DNA of 64,000 bases from Acidimicrobiales bacterium (GCA_047971245.1 JBKDZN010000057.1:4716-68715), one strand, 5' to 3'. Positions 1 through 9,157 are shown, counted from the first letter of the stretch. Notes: generated by a model not told the origin, from the sequence alone. Program-made: numbers and translations.

Positions 1-414
1 CTGGCGCCCACCGCGGTCCTGACCGTGGCCGCGCTCGTCGGGTCGGGTCGCCGGCTCGACGTGCTCGCTCTGGGGGATGACGAGGCTCGGGCCCTCGGGG
101 TCGACGCGGCCCGGCTCCGGCTCCTGGTGGTGGCGGCGGCCACGCTCGCCACGGCGGCGGCCGTGGCGGTGAGCGGCCTCATCGGGTTCGTGGGCATCGT
201 GGTGCCGCACGCGATCCGCCTCGGGGTCGGCCCGAGTTACCGGCGCATCCTCCCCCTGGCCGCCCTGCTCGGCGCCCCGTTCCTGGGTTTGGCCGACCTG
301 TTGGCCCGAACCGTCCTCGCCCCCGCCGAGGTCCCGATCGGGGTGATCACCGCGGTGATCGGCGCCCCCTTCTTCCTCTTCCTGCTCCGACGGTCACCGG
401 CGGGGGTGATGTGA
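1..414 (+). CDS. FecCD-family ABC transporter permease, C-terminal fragment (5-prime end outside the window)
   Basis: The frame is open from the window edge. The hydrophobic C-terminus ...PIGVITAVIGAPFFLFLLRR is typical of BtuC/FepD-type permeases. The stop overlaps the next start (GTGA at 411-414). Confidence 0.8.
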   Translation: MAPTAVLTVAALVGSGRRLDVLALGDDEARALGVDAARLRLLVVAAATLATAAAVAVSGLIGFVGIVVPHAIRLGVGPSYRRILPLAALLGAPFLGLADLLARTVLAPAEVPIGVITAVIGAPFFLFLLRRSPAGVM

Positions 415-1289
415 CGGGCCCGGCCACGACCCCGCCGGCCATCGACGCCACCGGGGTGGAGGTGGTCGTATCCGGGACCACCGTGCTCGGCCCGATCGAC
501 CTGACGGTGGGGACGGGCGATTGGTTGAACGTGATCGGCGCCAACGGGGCCGGCAAGACCACCCTGCTCCGGGCCCTGGCCGGCCTGCTGGCGCCGGCGG
601 CCGGTCGGATCGAGATCCTCGGGACCCCCCTGTCGTCGATGGGGCGTCGCCGACGGACGACCCGGATCGGCTACCTGCCCCAGCATCCCACCATGCCGGC
701 CGGGATGACCGTCGAACAGTACGCCCTGATCGGCCGCCATCCCCACCTGAGCCGGCTTGCCGCCGAGGGGCCGGCCGATCTGGCCGCCGTCGACTCGGCC
801 CTGGCCCGGCTCGACCTCACCGGCCTGGCGGCCCGGTCGCTCGGCTCCCTGTCCGGCGGGGACCGCCAGCGGGTCGGTCTCGCCCGGGTGCTCGTGCAGG
901 AGCCCGTCCTGCTGCTCCTCGACGAACCGACCGCCGCGCTCGACATCGGCCACCAGCAGGAGGTGCTGGAGCTGATCGACGGACAACGCCGCGCCCTCGG
1001 TCTCACCGTGGTGTCGACCATGCACGACCTGACCCTGGCCGCCCGCTACGGCGATCACCTGCTGCTCATGGCCGGCGGCCGGGCGGTGGCACAGGGTCCA
1101 CCGCCGCAGGTGCTGACCGGAGCCCATCTCGCCCGGCACTACGGGGCCGACGTCGAGGTGATCGACCATGCCGGCGGTCTCGTGGTCGTCCCCCTCCGGC
1201 CCGCCACCTCGCCCCCGACCCTGGCGCCGACCCACATCGCCAATCCGGCCCCGATCCCGACCGAACCGACAACCAGGAGCACACCATGA
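411..1289 (+). CDS. ABC transporter ATP-binding protein (iron-siderophore/cobalamin import type)
   Basis: Walker A GANGAGKTTLL, signature LSGGDRQRV, Walker B LLLLDEPT. Translationally coupled to the permease upstream and to cobO downstream (ATGA at 1286-1289). Confidence 0.9.
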   Translation: MTGPATTPPAIDATGVEVVVSGTTVLGPIDLTVGTGDWLNVIGANGAGKTTLLRALAGLLAPAAGRIEILGTPLSSMGRRRRTTRIGYLPQHPTMPAGMTVEQYALIGRHPHLSRLAAEGPADLAAVDSALARLDLTGLAARSLGSLSGGDRQRVGLARVLVQEPVLLLLDEPTAALDIGHQQEVLELIDGQRRALGLTVVSTMHDLTLAARYGDHLLLMAGGRAVAQGPPPQVLTGAHLARHYGADVEVIDHAGGLVVVPLRPATSPPTLAPTHIANPAPIPTEPTTRSTP

Positions 1290-1864
1290 CCGACCATGAC
1301 CCCGCCCACGTTCCCACCGAGGACCCCCGACCCGACGAGCTGCGCCGAGCCCCGTCACTCGTCGTGGTCAACACCGGCCCCGGGAAGGGCAAGACCACCG
1401 CCGCCATGGGCATCGTGATGCGGGGTGTCGCCCGGGGTTGGCCCGTCGGCGTGGTCCAGTTCCTGAAGTCGGGGACCTGGCGCACCGGCGAGGAGAAGGT
1501 GTGCCGCCAACTCGGCGTCGACTGGTGGGCCGAGGGTGAGGGGTTCACCTGGCTGTCGGAGGATCTCTCGGTCGACGAGGCGGTGGCCGCCGGGGCGTGG
1601 GACCGGGCCAGGAATCTCATCGGCGCCGGGGATCACCGGCTGGTCGTGCTCGACGAGATCACCTATCCGATCAACTGGGAATGGATCGCCGTCGAGGAGG
1701 TGGTGGCCACCATCGGTTCCCGACCGGACCATGTCAATGTGGTCCTCACCGGGCGGAACGCACCGCCGGAGCTCATCGAGGTGGCTGACACCGTGTCGGA
1801 GGTGGTGCCGATCAAACACGCCTACGAGGCCGGTATCCGGGCCAAGAAGGGCATCGACTTCTGA
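1286..1864 (+). CDS. cobO: Cob(I)yrinic acid a,c-diamide adenosyltransferase
   Basis: MTDHD... start lies inside the longer track ORF 521-1864. P-loop NTGPGKGKTTAAMG and C-terminal ...HAYEAGIRAKKGIDF are characteristic of CobO/BtuR. Confidence 0.9.
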   Translation: MTDHDPAHVPTEDPRPDELRRAPSLVVVNTGPGKGKTTAAMGIVMRGVARGWPVGVVQFLKSGTWRTGEEKVCRQLGVDWWAEGEGFTWLSEDLSVDEAVAAGAWDRARNLIGAGDHRLVVLDEITYPINWEWIAVEEVVATIGSRPDHVNVVLTGRNAPPELIEVADTVSEVVPIKHAYEAGIRAKKGIDF

Positions 1865-1881
1865 GCCCGGACCCACCGGGG

Positions 1882-3237
1882 TCAGCCCGCTGTGCAGGTG
1901 CGGACGAACGCTTCGGTCAGGTCGGGGTCGCCTCCGGCGTGATGATGGACGTAGCCGGCGAGGAGGGTGGGGGTGGCGAAGCCGTCGGTGCCGCGGTGAT
2001 GGGTACCGGTCACCGACATCGCCGTACCGGCCGGGGTACAGGAGGTGTAGTGGTGCTCATGGCCCCGGAACCGGGTTCCGGCTGGTCCGATCGGTGACGG
2101 AGCCAGGGTGGTGACCCGGCGATACCCGATCCGGGGCCGTGACCCGAAACCGGCCGAGGCCGGGACGGCACCCACCATGGCCCTACCGTCGAGGTCGGCG
2201 GCGAGCCAGAGCAGGCCCCCGCATTCGGCCCAGGTGGGCAGGCCGGCGTCGATCCGGCGCCGGGCGTCCCCCAGGAGCGGACGGTTGTCCGCCAGTTCCT
2301 CACCGAACATCTCCGGGAAGCCACCCCCGACCACGAGGCCGTCGATGTCGGCCGGGAGGGTCGGGTCGGACCGGGGATCGAATCGCACCAGCTCGGCGCC
2401 GGCCGCCTCCAACTGTTCGAGGTTGTCGGTGGAGGAGAAGGTGAAGGCCGGTCCGGCCGCCACGGCCAGGCGGCAGCGGCCGACGGGAGCCGCCGTCGGG
2501 GGTGGACCCACCGTCAGGGCGGGCGCCGCCGCCGCCACCCGGGTGACGGCCCGGAGGTCGACCGAGCGCTCCACCGCCGCGGCCAGACGATCGAGGGATC
2601 GGGTGACGTCGGCGGGACGTTCGCTCACCGGGACCAGGCCGAGGTGGCGATCGCGCCAGGTGAAGGCGTCGTCCCGGCGCAGGCAGCCGAGTACGGGGAC
2701 GCCGACCCCCTCCAGGGCCCGCCGGAGCAGGCGCTCGTGCCGGTCCGACCCGACCCGGTTGGCGATCACCCCGGCGAGGCGGACCCGGGGATCGTGGTCA
2801 CGGAAGCCGCGAACCATCGCCGCGATCGAGGCGCTCATCCCGGCCGCGTCCACCACGAGGACGACCGGGGCGTCGAGCAGGACGGCGACGTCGGCGGTGG
2901 AGGAGACCGAGCCGTCGTCGGCCCCGTCGAACAGGCCCATCACCCCTTCGGCGATGAGCAGGTCGGCGCCCCGGGCGGCCCGGGCGGCCAGGGGCGGCAC
3001 GGCGGTCGGGCCGCACAGCCAGGGGTCGAGGTTCCGGGGTGGTCGGCCGGTGGCCAGGGAGTGGTAGCCGGGATCGATGAAGTCCGGACCGATCTTGGCC
3101 GCCGCCACCCGGGTGCCCCGAATACGCAGCGCGGCCATGAGGCCGGTGGCCCCCGTGGTCTTCCCCACCCCGGAGGCGACCCCGGCCACCACGATCCGGG
3201 GTCCGATCCGGTCCCCGGAGACGGTTCCCGCCGTCAT
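1882..3237 (-). CDS. cobB: Cobyrinate a,c-diamide synthase
   Basis: N-terminal VVAGVASGVGKTTGATGLMAAL and KIGPDFIDPGYH, plus a C-terminal glutamine amidotransferase-like half. About 450 aa, as expected for CobB/CbiA. Confidence 0.9.
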   Translation of the reverse strand: MTAGTVSGDRIGPRIVVAGVASGVGKTTGATGLMAALRIRGTRVAAAKIGPDFIDPGYHSLATGRPPRNLDPWLCGPTAVPPLAARAARGADLLIAEGVMGLFDGADDGSVSSTADVAVLLDAPVVLVVDAAGMSASIAAMVRGFRDHDPRVRLAGVIANRVGSDRHERLLRRALEGVGVPVLGCLRRDDAFTWRDRHLGLVPVSERPADVTRSLDRLAAAVERSVDLRAVTRVAAAAPALTVGPPPTAAPVGRCRLAVAAGPAFTFSSTDNLEQLEAAGAELVRFDPRSDPTLPADIDGLVVGGGFPEMFGEELADNRPLLGDARRRIDAGLPTWAECGGLLWLAADLDGRAMVGAVPASAGFGSRPRIGYRRVTTLAPSPIGPAGTRFRGHEHHYTSCTPAGTAMSVTGTHHRGTDGFATPTLLAGYVHHHAGGDPDLTEAFVRTCTAG

Positions 3238-3251
3238 CGGGTCGTGGCCGG

Positions 3252-5282
3252 TCAGCGGGCGCGGGTCGGGACCGCCCGGACGGCGGCCACCAACTGGTCG
3301 GGTTCCAGGGCGTCGACCCGGACGTGTGGTGCACCCATGACCTCGGCCAGTTCGGCGGCCAGGCCCAGGGGGTGGGGTCCGGTCTCACAGTCGAGCACCA
3401 CGGCCGAGACTGGCGACCGCCGGATGGCGGCGGCCATGGCCACGGCGGCGTCGATACCGCCCGAGCCGGTGGCCCGCCCGTCGGTCAGGACCGCGATCAC
3501 CGAATCGGTGTGGTCGTCGACCGACCGGAGGGCCAGCCGCAATGCCTCGGCCAACCCGGAGGCGAGCGGGGTGGAGCCGCCGGTGGCCAGATGGTCCAAC
3601 CGATTGCGGGCCACCTCGACGCTGGAGGTGGGCGCCAGCACCGTGGTGGCACCGTCGGCCCGGAAGGTCACCAGGGCCACCCGGTCCCGACGGACATAGG
3701 CGTCGGCCAGCAGGCCGAGCACCGTGCCCGACGCGGCCCGGGCCCGCTCCGGCGCGCCCATGGAGCCGCTCAGGTCGATACACAGCACGACGACGCGCGA
3801 CCGGGGGGCGTCGCGGACCACGGAACGCAGATCGGCCGCTTCGACCCGCCCACCGGTGCCGGTCCGGCGGCGGTGGACCGAGGCCCGTACCGTGGGGAGG
3901 ACCGCCACCGGCCCGGTCCCGGCGGCGGGCGCGTCGCCCACCACCCGACCTCGGGGGCCATGACCCCGGCCGGTGACCGGCAGCGGCGGGTTCCGGGGCG
4001 TCCCGAGCAGGAGCGGTCGGTCGGGGGCGGCCCCCCGTCCGGCTCCGGACTGCTCATCGTGGCCCCGTTCCCGATCGGCGGGTCGCTCGTCGCCCGGTCC
4101 TCCATGGGGCGGTGGGCCGTCCGGCCCGACCGGTTGCTCGTCGTCCGAGGTCGGCTCGGGGAGGTGGTCGGACGGGGGGCCGTCGGGTCCGGCCGGTGGT
4201 TCGTCGTCCGAGGTCGGCTCGGGGAGGTGGTCGGCGACGAGCTGATCGAGCTCGTCCCGGGGGGTGACCGGTGGATCGAACGGCCGGCGCCGGCTGCGGT
4301 GGCTGAGGGCGAGCGAGGCGATCCGCCGGAGGTCGTCGACGGTGACGACCGGTCGGCCGGCCAGCTCGGCGAACGCCGTGGCGGCCCGACACAGGGCGAG
4401 GTCGGCCCGGAGGCCCTCCGCCCCGGCGGCCAGGGCCAGCCGGCTGGCCGCCCCGATCACGGGGTCGGGGAGCTCGGCCGTCACGCCGGTTGGCGGGGGC
4501 GACCCCGGTTCTGTACTCCCGGCGGCCGGTCCGGTGACCGTCGGCGGGTCCTCACCGGCCGGGGACTCGGCCCGGGAAGGGGCGGGCCGGGCATGGTCGA
4601 ACGCCAGCCGCCGGCGTACCGCCTCCGTCCGTTCGGCCACGTCCAGGGGGGCAGCCACATCCACACAGAGACCGAACCGGTCGAGGAGTTGGGGTCGGAG
4701 CTCGCCCTCCTCGGGGTTCATCGAGCCGATCAGGACGAACCGGGCCGGATGGCGGTGTGACAACCCGTCGCGTTCCACCACGTTCTCGCCCGAGGCGGCG
4801 ACGTCGAGCAGGACGTCGACCAGATGGTCGGGTAGCAGGTTGATCTCGTCCACATAGAGCACCCCGCCGTCGGCGGCGGCCAGCAGACCGGCCTCGAACC
4901 GCAACTCCCCCCCGGTCAGTGCGGCCCGGGTGTCGAGGGTGCCCACCACCCGGTCCTCGGTCGCCCCCAACGGGAGGTCGACGAACGGGGCGCCACCGAG
5001 CAGGTCGGCCAGGCCCCGGGCGAGGGTGGTCTTGGCCGATCCCTTCTGGCCCCGGAGCAGGACACCCCCGAGGAGGGGGTCCCGGGCCGCCAGCCGGAGG
5101 GCCAGCTTGGCCTCGTCCTGGCCGACGACGGCGTCGAACGGGAACGCGCCCGAGGCGCCGCGCCGCTCGAGGGGCGGGGTGCTGTGGTCGGACAGCAGAT
5201 CGGTCACCGGGCCTCCTCCCGGCCCTCGACGACCGGCACGGGGTCGGTCTGGGCGTTCCGGGCCGGTTGGGTGGCCGCCCAT
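3252..5282 (-). CDS. ChlI/ChlD-type (AAA+ plus VWA) chelatase subunit, probable cobaltochelatase component
   Basis: AAA+ Walker A LRGQKGSAKTT, Walker B LYVDEINLL, an acidic/proline linker, and a C-terminal VWA domain (VVLCIDLSGSMG). First gene downstream of the cobalamin riboswitch. Confidence 0.85.
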   Translation of the reverse strand: MGGHPTGPERPDRPRAGRRGPGGGPVTDLLSDHSTPPLERRGASGAFPFDAVVGQDEAKLALRLAARDPLLGGVLLRGQKGSAKTTLARGLADLLGGAPFVDLPLGATEDRVVGTLDTRAALTGGELRFEAGLLAAADGGVLYVDEINLLPDHLVDVLLDVAASGENVVERDGLSHRHPARFVLIGSMNPEEGELRPQLLDRFGLCVDVAAPLDVAERTEAVRRRLAFDHARPAPSRAESPAGEDPPTVTGPAAGSTEPGSPPPTGVTAELPDPVIGAASRLALAAGAEGLRADLALCRAATAFAELAGRPVVTVDDLRRIASLALSHRSRRRPFDPPVTPRDELDQLVADHLPEPTSDDEPPAGPDGPPSDHLPEPTSDDEQPVGPDGPPPHGGPGDERPADRERGHDEQSGAGRGAAPDRPLLLGTPRNPPLPVTGRGHGPRGRVVGDAPAAGTGPVAVLPTVRASVHRRRTGTGGRVEAADLRSVVRDAPRSRVVVLCIDLSGSMGAPERARAASGTVLGLLADAYVRRDRVALVTFRADGATTVLAPTSSVEVARNRLDHLATGGSTPLASGLAEALRLALRSVDDHTDSVIAVLTDGRATGSGGIDAAVAMAAAIRRSPVSAVVLDCETGPHPLGLAAELAEVMGAPHVRVDALEPDQLVAAVRAVPTRAR
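4112..4237. repeat. 63-nt tandem duplication inside the chelatase linker
   Basis: tcgtcgtccgaggtcggctcggggaggtggtcgg occurs at 4138-4171 and again at 4201-4234. It encodes DHLPEPTSDDE(P/Q)P(A/V)GPDGPP twice on the minus strand. Confidence 0.85.
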
Positions 5283-5439
5283 CCTTGAGGATCGGCACCT
5301 CCGGGTGGACCTTCAGCGATTGGCGGTATCGCCCCGGTGATCGGTTGCTCGGCCGGGCGGGGGCCGGGAGCCGGGGCAGGTGGGCCGACGACGGCCATGG
5401 CGGGTTCTCCATCCTCGTGGGTGCACAGCGGCCCGGCCG

Positions 5440-5625
5440 GTGTCCTGGCTCCCGGATCGAGGCTCGCCTCCGCCTTCCAGCGCTCGCCGTGGCGTCGTGG
5501 AGGTTCGCTCCCCGGTGACAGTTGCGGGACAGCCCCGGATTCTCACCGGTGTTCCCGTTCGGGTCGTGGCGAACATAGGCGACCGGCCGGTGACCGTCCA
5601 GCAGGGGATGGTCGGTGCGGCACCC
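5440..5625 (-). promoter_or_regulatory. Cobalamin (B12) riboswitch in the leader of the chelatase-cobB operon
   Basis: The minus strand reads ...GAACGGGAACACCGGTGAGAATCCGGGGCTGTCCCGCAACTGTCACCGG...ACGCCACGGCGAGCGCTGGAAGGCGGAGG...GAGCCAGGACACCGGCC. This matches the conserved GGGAA/GGTGAGAATCC/CCCGCAACTGT core and a B12-box-like GCCAC..GGAAGGC. The boundaries are approximate. Confidence 0.85.
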
Positions 5626-5659
5626 CGGCTCCGAGCCCGAACGCTGCTCCCCTCGACGC

Positions 5660-5698
5660 GACACGGCCCGGAGCAGGTTTGCCGCTCCGGGCCGTGTC
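5660..5698. terminator. Perfect 15-bp stem hairpin between the tRNA cluster and the riboswitch
   Basis: GACACGGCCCGGAGC-aggtttgcc-GCTCCGGGCCGTGTC. The T-run (TTTTCTCT) is on the plus-strand side, and the hairpin sits just 3-prime of tRNA-Phe on the minus strand. It probably insulates the tRNA operon from the cob leader. The functional strand is unresolved. Confidence 0.5.
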
Positions 5699-5705
5699 TT
5701 TTCTC

Positions 5706-5781
5706 TGGTGGTCGGGACCGGCGTCGATCCGGTGACCTACCGCTTTTCAGGCGGTCGCTCTGCCAACTGAGCTACCCGACC
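5706..5781 (-). tRNA. tRNA-Phe (anticodon GAA)
   Basis: Minus strand GGTCGGGTAGCTCAGTTGGCAGAGCGACCGCCTGAAAAGCGGTAGGTCACCGGATCGACGCCGGTCCCGACCACCA. Cloverleaf with anticodon loop CTGAAAA and an encoded CCA. Confidence 0.9.
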
Positions 5782-5848
5782 CTGCCCGATTCGCCCGGGC
5801 CGGGCCCGGACGAACTCGCACCCGACGGCGGAACCGACGGGTGGTGCG

Positions 5849-5923
5849 CGGTCCTGACGAGATTTGAACTCGCGACCTCCGCCTTGACAGGGCGGCGTGC
5901 ACTCCAGACTGCACTACAGGACC
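5849..5923 (-). tRNA. tRNA-Asp (anticodon GTC)
   Basis: Minus strand GGTCCTGTAGTGCAGTCTGGAGTGCACGCCGCCCTGTCAAGGCGGAGGTCGCGAGTTCAAATCTCGTCAGGACCG. Anticodon loop CTGTCAA. Confidence 0.95.
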
Positions 5924-5970
5924 AGATTGATGATGTGACCACCAACGCCCACTCGCGTGTGGACGTTGGC

Positions 5971-6046
5971 TGGCACCCCCAACGGGATTCGAACCCGTGT
6001 TGCCTGCGTGAAAGGCAGGTGTCCTAGGCCACTGAACGATGGGGGC
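5971..6046 (-). tRNA. tRNA-Glu (anticodon TTC)
   Basis: Minus strand GCCCCCATCGTTCAGTGGCCTAGGACACCTGCCTTTCACGCAGGCAACACGGGTTCGAATCCCGTTGGGGGTGCCA. Anticodon loop CTTTCAC and an encoded CCA. Confidence 0.95.
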
Positions 6047-6190
6047 CGGGATAACTGCGCTCGCTCCCAGGGGGACATGCATCCCGAGGCCTCGACAATC
6101 TAGCAGGCGGCCGACCGAAGCCACACCCGATTATCGCCGATGTCCGACCCGGTGCGATCGGGACCGCCGATGCCGGACACCACGGCACGA

Positions 6191-6712
6191 TCAGGTGAGG
6201 TCGGTGGGGGGTTCGGGGGCGTCGGGACGGCCCTCGGGGGGGAGCACCCCGGCCAGGGTGTCGACGATCTCGCCGACCAGCGCGCCGAGCTGGTGGTACA
6301 CCATGAACGCGGCCCGCTCGTCGTCGTCGGTCGGGGCCTCGTCGTCGTCCTCGCTCACGTCGAGCCGGGTGCCGAGCACCAGGCGGAGGTCGTTGATGAT
6401 GGTCAGCCACGACACCAGCTCCCCCTCGGTCAGGGAGGGGGACGTCACGGTCTCCCGCATGGTGTCGATGGCGGCCCGCCGTTCGTCGATCAGCTCGGAG
6501 CGTCCCAGGATCTGGTAGGCGGCGTCGAGTTCCGGATCGTCCGGGTACGCGGTGGGGAACAGGCGGCGGGTGTCGTCCAGTTCCAGGTCGAGGAGTTCGT
6601 CGAGCTGGTCGGCCAGTTCGACCACCCAGGCCCGGGACTCCGGGGCGAGCCGCACCGTGAACCGCCCGTCCGTGGTGGCCTCGAACAAGCGGCGATCGCG
6701 AAAGAGTCCCAT
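6191..6712 (-). CDS. DUF2017-like protein (conserved ClpS neighbour in actinobacteria)
   Basis: Start chosen at MGLFRDRR (ATG 6712) behind GGAGGG. Acidic protein with RRLFPTAYPDDPELDAAYQ and WLTIINDLRLVLGTRL motifs that I recall from DUF2017. Lies directly downstream of clpS. Confidence 0.7.
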   Translation of the reverse strand: MGLFRDRRLFEATTDGRFTVRLAPESRAWVVELADQLDELLDLELDDTRRLFPTAYPDDPELDAAYQILGRSELIDERRAAIDTMRETVTSPSLTEGELVSWLTIINDLRLVLGTRLDVSEDDDEAPTDDDERAAFMVYHQLGALVGEIVDTLAGVLPPEGRPDAPEPPTDLT

Positions 6713-6726
6713 TCCCGCCCTCCGGA

Positions 6727-7014
6727 CTACTCGTCGTGTTCCATCGTCGCCCACAGACCATGGTGGTGGAGCCGCTGCACATCCCGCTCCGCCTCGGTTC
6801 GGGTGCCACTCGACACCACGGCCCGCCCCTTGTGGTGGACGTCGAGCATGAGCTGGTTGGCCTTCTCCTCGCTGTACCCGAACAGCTTGCGGAACACATA
6901 GGCCACATAGGTCATCAGGTTGATGGGATCGTTCCAGACGATCACCCGCCAGGGCCGGTCCTCCTCCACCAGTTCATCGCCCGCGGTCTGGTGGACCTCG
7001 AGCGGGGCGGTCAC
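6727..7014 (-). CDS. clpS: ATP-dependent Clp protease adaptor ClpS
   Basis: C-terminal 95 codons of track ORF 6727-7800: [45 protein letters not shown]. The GTG start at 7014 overlaps the ctaA stop (GTGA). Confidence 0.9.
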   Translation of the reverse strand: MTAPLEVHQTAGDELVEEDRPWRVIVWNDPINLMTYVAYVFRKLFGYSEEKANQLMLDVHHKGRAVVSSGTRTEAERDVQRLHHHGLWATMEHDE

Positions 7015-7958
7015 GAGGCCACCACCGACGGTTCGTTCGGGGCGGTGCCGGTGCTGAGCGGATCCGGCTCCGGGCCCGGCTCGGGTTCCATCGGCGGTCG
7101 GTGCCAGAGGCGGAGGTGGAGGACCAGGAGCAGGTCCCAGACCACCATCGAGCCGATGAGGTGGAGCATGACCAGGGCGGGCGGGACGCTGAGCGCGAAC
7201 TGGAGGTAGCCGATGCCACCCTGGACCACGACCGCGGCCACGAGCAGCCGGGCGGCCGCGGCCGCCGACTCCGGACCGTGGCGCTGGAGCTGCACGGCCA
7301 GGGCCACCACCGCGGCGAGCAGGCACCACACCGCGATGCTGTGGATGCGGGTCACGTCGGTCAGCTCGAACGGCAGGCGATCGGCCCGGGCGTCGCCACT
7401 GTTGGGCCCCGTGCCGGTGACCGCGGTGCCGAGCACCATGACCAGTACGGCCAGGGCGACGGCGACCCGGCTGGTGGTGATCACCCGGGGGGGCACGGCC
7501 GGTCCGGTTGGCGGCCCACCGGACCCGGCCCGGACCCAGGCCACGGCTCCGGCCCACAGCAGGGCCATCGAGACGAGGAAGTGCAACCCGACCGTGGCCG
7601 GATGGAGGTGGGCGATCACGACCACGGCGCCGATCGCGATCTGGGCCACCACGCCGGCCACCATGGCCCACGCCGGGGCCAGGAGATCCCGCCGGAACGG
7701 GCGCCGCCGGTAGGCCATGAGGACGGCCAGGGCGACCGACACCGCCACCGCGCCGGTGAACAGGCGGTTGCCGAACTCGATCCAGGCGTGCAGCTGCCAC
7801 GCCGGCACCGGGTGTTCCTCGGAACAGATGGGCCAGTTGTCACAGCCCAACCCGGCGTCGGTCAGGCGAACCAGGGCGCCGGTGACCACGATCGTGGCCA
7901 GTAACGCCCACGCCACAGCAACGATGGAGCGGTATCGGGAAGGCCCCACGGTTCGCAC
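7011..7958 (-). CDS. ctaA: Heme A synthase (COX15/CtaA family)
   Basis: Multi-TM protein with [19 protein letters not shown] and paired His-containing helices ([18 protein letters not shown]). Divergent from ctaB. Confidence 0.85.
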   Translation of the reverse strand: MRTVGPSRYRSIVAVAWALLATIVVTGALVRLTDAGLGCDNWPICSEEHPVPAWQLHAWIEFGNRLFTGAVAVSVALAVLMAYRRRPFRRDLLAPAWAMVAGVVAQIAIGAVVVIAHLHPATVGLHFLVSMALLWAGAVAWVRAGSGGPPTGPAVPPRVITTSRVAVALAVLVMVLGTAVTGTGPNSGDARADRLPFELTDVTRIHSIAVWCLLAAVVALAVQLQRHGPESAAAAARLLVAAVVVQGGIGYLQFALSVPPALVMLHLIGSMVVWDLLLVLHLRLWHRPPMEPEPGPEPDPLSTGTAPNEPSVVAS

Positions 7959-8006
7959 GCCTCCACGCTAACTGGTTCCACCGGTCGTGGGCGATCGCCA
8001 GGAAAG

Positions 8007-8972
8007 ATGGTTGCAGTTTCGGTCATCTCCTGGCCCCGGGCGGCGCGCGGTCGGTACGCTGCGGGTGTGGTAGCCACTGCGGCCCCCAGTCGGCATCGGG
8101 CACTTGCGTTCATCGCGCTCACCAAGCCCCGGATCATCGAGCTGTTGCTCGTGACGACGGTGCCGACCATGATTCTGGCCCAGCAGGGACTGCCCTCGGT
8201 CTGGTTGATGGTCAACACCGTCATCGGCGGAACCCTGGCCGCCGGCGGAGCCAACGCCTTCAACATGTACATCGACCGCGACATCGACGCGGTGATGAAC
8301 CGGACCAAGGGCCGCCCGCTCGTCACCGGGGAGGTCGCGCCCACCGAGGCCCTGGTGTTCGCCTTCGCGGTGGAGGCCGCCGCCTTCGTGTGGTTGTGGA
8401 CGCTGGTCAACCTGCTGTCGGCCGTGCTCGCGTTGGCCGCGTGTGCCTTCTATGTCGGCGTCTACACCCTGTGGCTGAAGCGCTCCTCCACCCAGAACAT
8501 CGTGATCGGCGGGGCGGCCGGGGCCGCCCCGGTCCTGATCGGCTGGTCGGCGGTGACCGACTCGTTGAGCTGGGCGGCGGTGATCCTGTTCGCCGTCATC
8601 TTCTTCTGGACCCCGCCCCACTTCTGGGCCCTGGCCATCAAGTACACCGACGACTACTCGGCGGCCGAGGTGCCGATGATGCCGGTGGTCGAGGGGTTCC
8701 GGTCCACGGCCCGCCAGATGGCGGTGTACGCCGCCATCGTCTGGGTCCTCAGCCTGGCCCTCTGGTTCGTGGCGCCGGTCGGCTGGTTCTACATGGGCAC
8801 GGCGTTCGTGTTCGGCGCCTGGTTCACCTTCGGCGCCGTCCGGCTCATGACCGAGACCGACCCCGAGACCCGCTCCCAGCAGGCCATCCGGTACTTCACG
8901 TTCTCCATCACCTATCTCACGGTGCTGTTCACCGCCCTGGCCGTCGACCAGTTCGTCGGCTGGGGTATGTGA
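8007..8972 (+). CDS. ctaB: Protoheme IX farnesyltransferase (heme O synthase)
   Basis: ALTKPRIIELLLVTT, NMYIDRDIDAVMNRTKGRPL and FFWTPPHFWALA motifs. The start may instead be the in-frame GTG at 8067. Confidence 0.9.
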   Translation: MVAVSVISWPRAARGRYAAGVVATAAPSRHRALAFIALTKPRIIELLLVTTVPTMILAQQGLPSVWLMVNTVIGGTLAAGGANAFNMYIDRDIDAVMNRTKGRPLVTGEVAPTEALVFAFAVEAAAFVWLWTLVNLLSAVLALAACAFYVGVYTLWLKRSSTQNIVIGGAAGAAPVLIGWSAVTDSLSWAAVILFAVIFFWTPPHFWALAIKYTDDYSAAEVPMMPVVEGFRSTARQMAVYAAIVWVLSLALWFVAPVGWFYMGTAFVFGAWFTFGAVRLMTETDPETRSQQAIRYFTFSITYLTVLFTALAVDQFVGWGM

Positions 8973-9157
8973 CAGTTTAGAAAACCAGGACCAGAGGCGG
9001 TTACAGTACGTGGCCGCACGCCCGGCGGGTGCCCTTTGGTGCGCTCACCAGGCGGAGGGACTGACTTGGTTCGACGGCCTCCACCGCTTCGCCGAACCCG
9101 GTTCGTCCACGGCAAGTCAGTACCATCCGCGCAACGCTCGTCGAGGGCAATCGAACC

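Noticed and set aside
237-1358. 373-aa minus-strand ORF
   Set aside because: It is antisense to the ABC ATPase, which has canonical Walker and signature motifs.
521-1864. 447-aa plus-strand ORF
   Set aside because: Only the last 192 codons (from ATG 1286) are CobO. The upstream part is an out-of-frame read through the ABC ATPase gene with Arg/Pro-rich nonsense.
1-5625. Cobalamin cluster as something novel
   Set aside because: The combination of ABC importer, cobO, cobB and a ChlI/ChlD chelatase behind a B12 riboswitch is a standard actinobacterial arrangement. Only the linker duplication and the tRNA/hairpin context were kept as minor notes.
6097-6102. -10 element TAGATT (minus strand) about 50 nt upstream of tRNA-Glu
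   Set aside because: It is a single hexamer with no convincing -35, which is insufficient on its own.
6727-7800. 357-aa minus-strand ORF
   Set aside because: Only the C-terminal 95 codons are ClpS. The rest overlaps ctaA in another frame and is Arg/Gly/Pro low-complexity.
8977-9007. Promoter for the oxidase operon (TTAGAA-N19-TACAGT)
   Set aside because: The hexamer matches are plausible, but the spacer is long and there is no supporting context. It was not reported as a feature.
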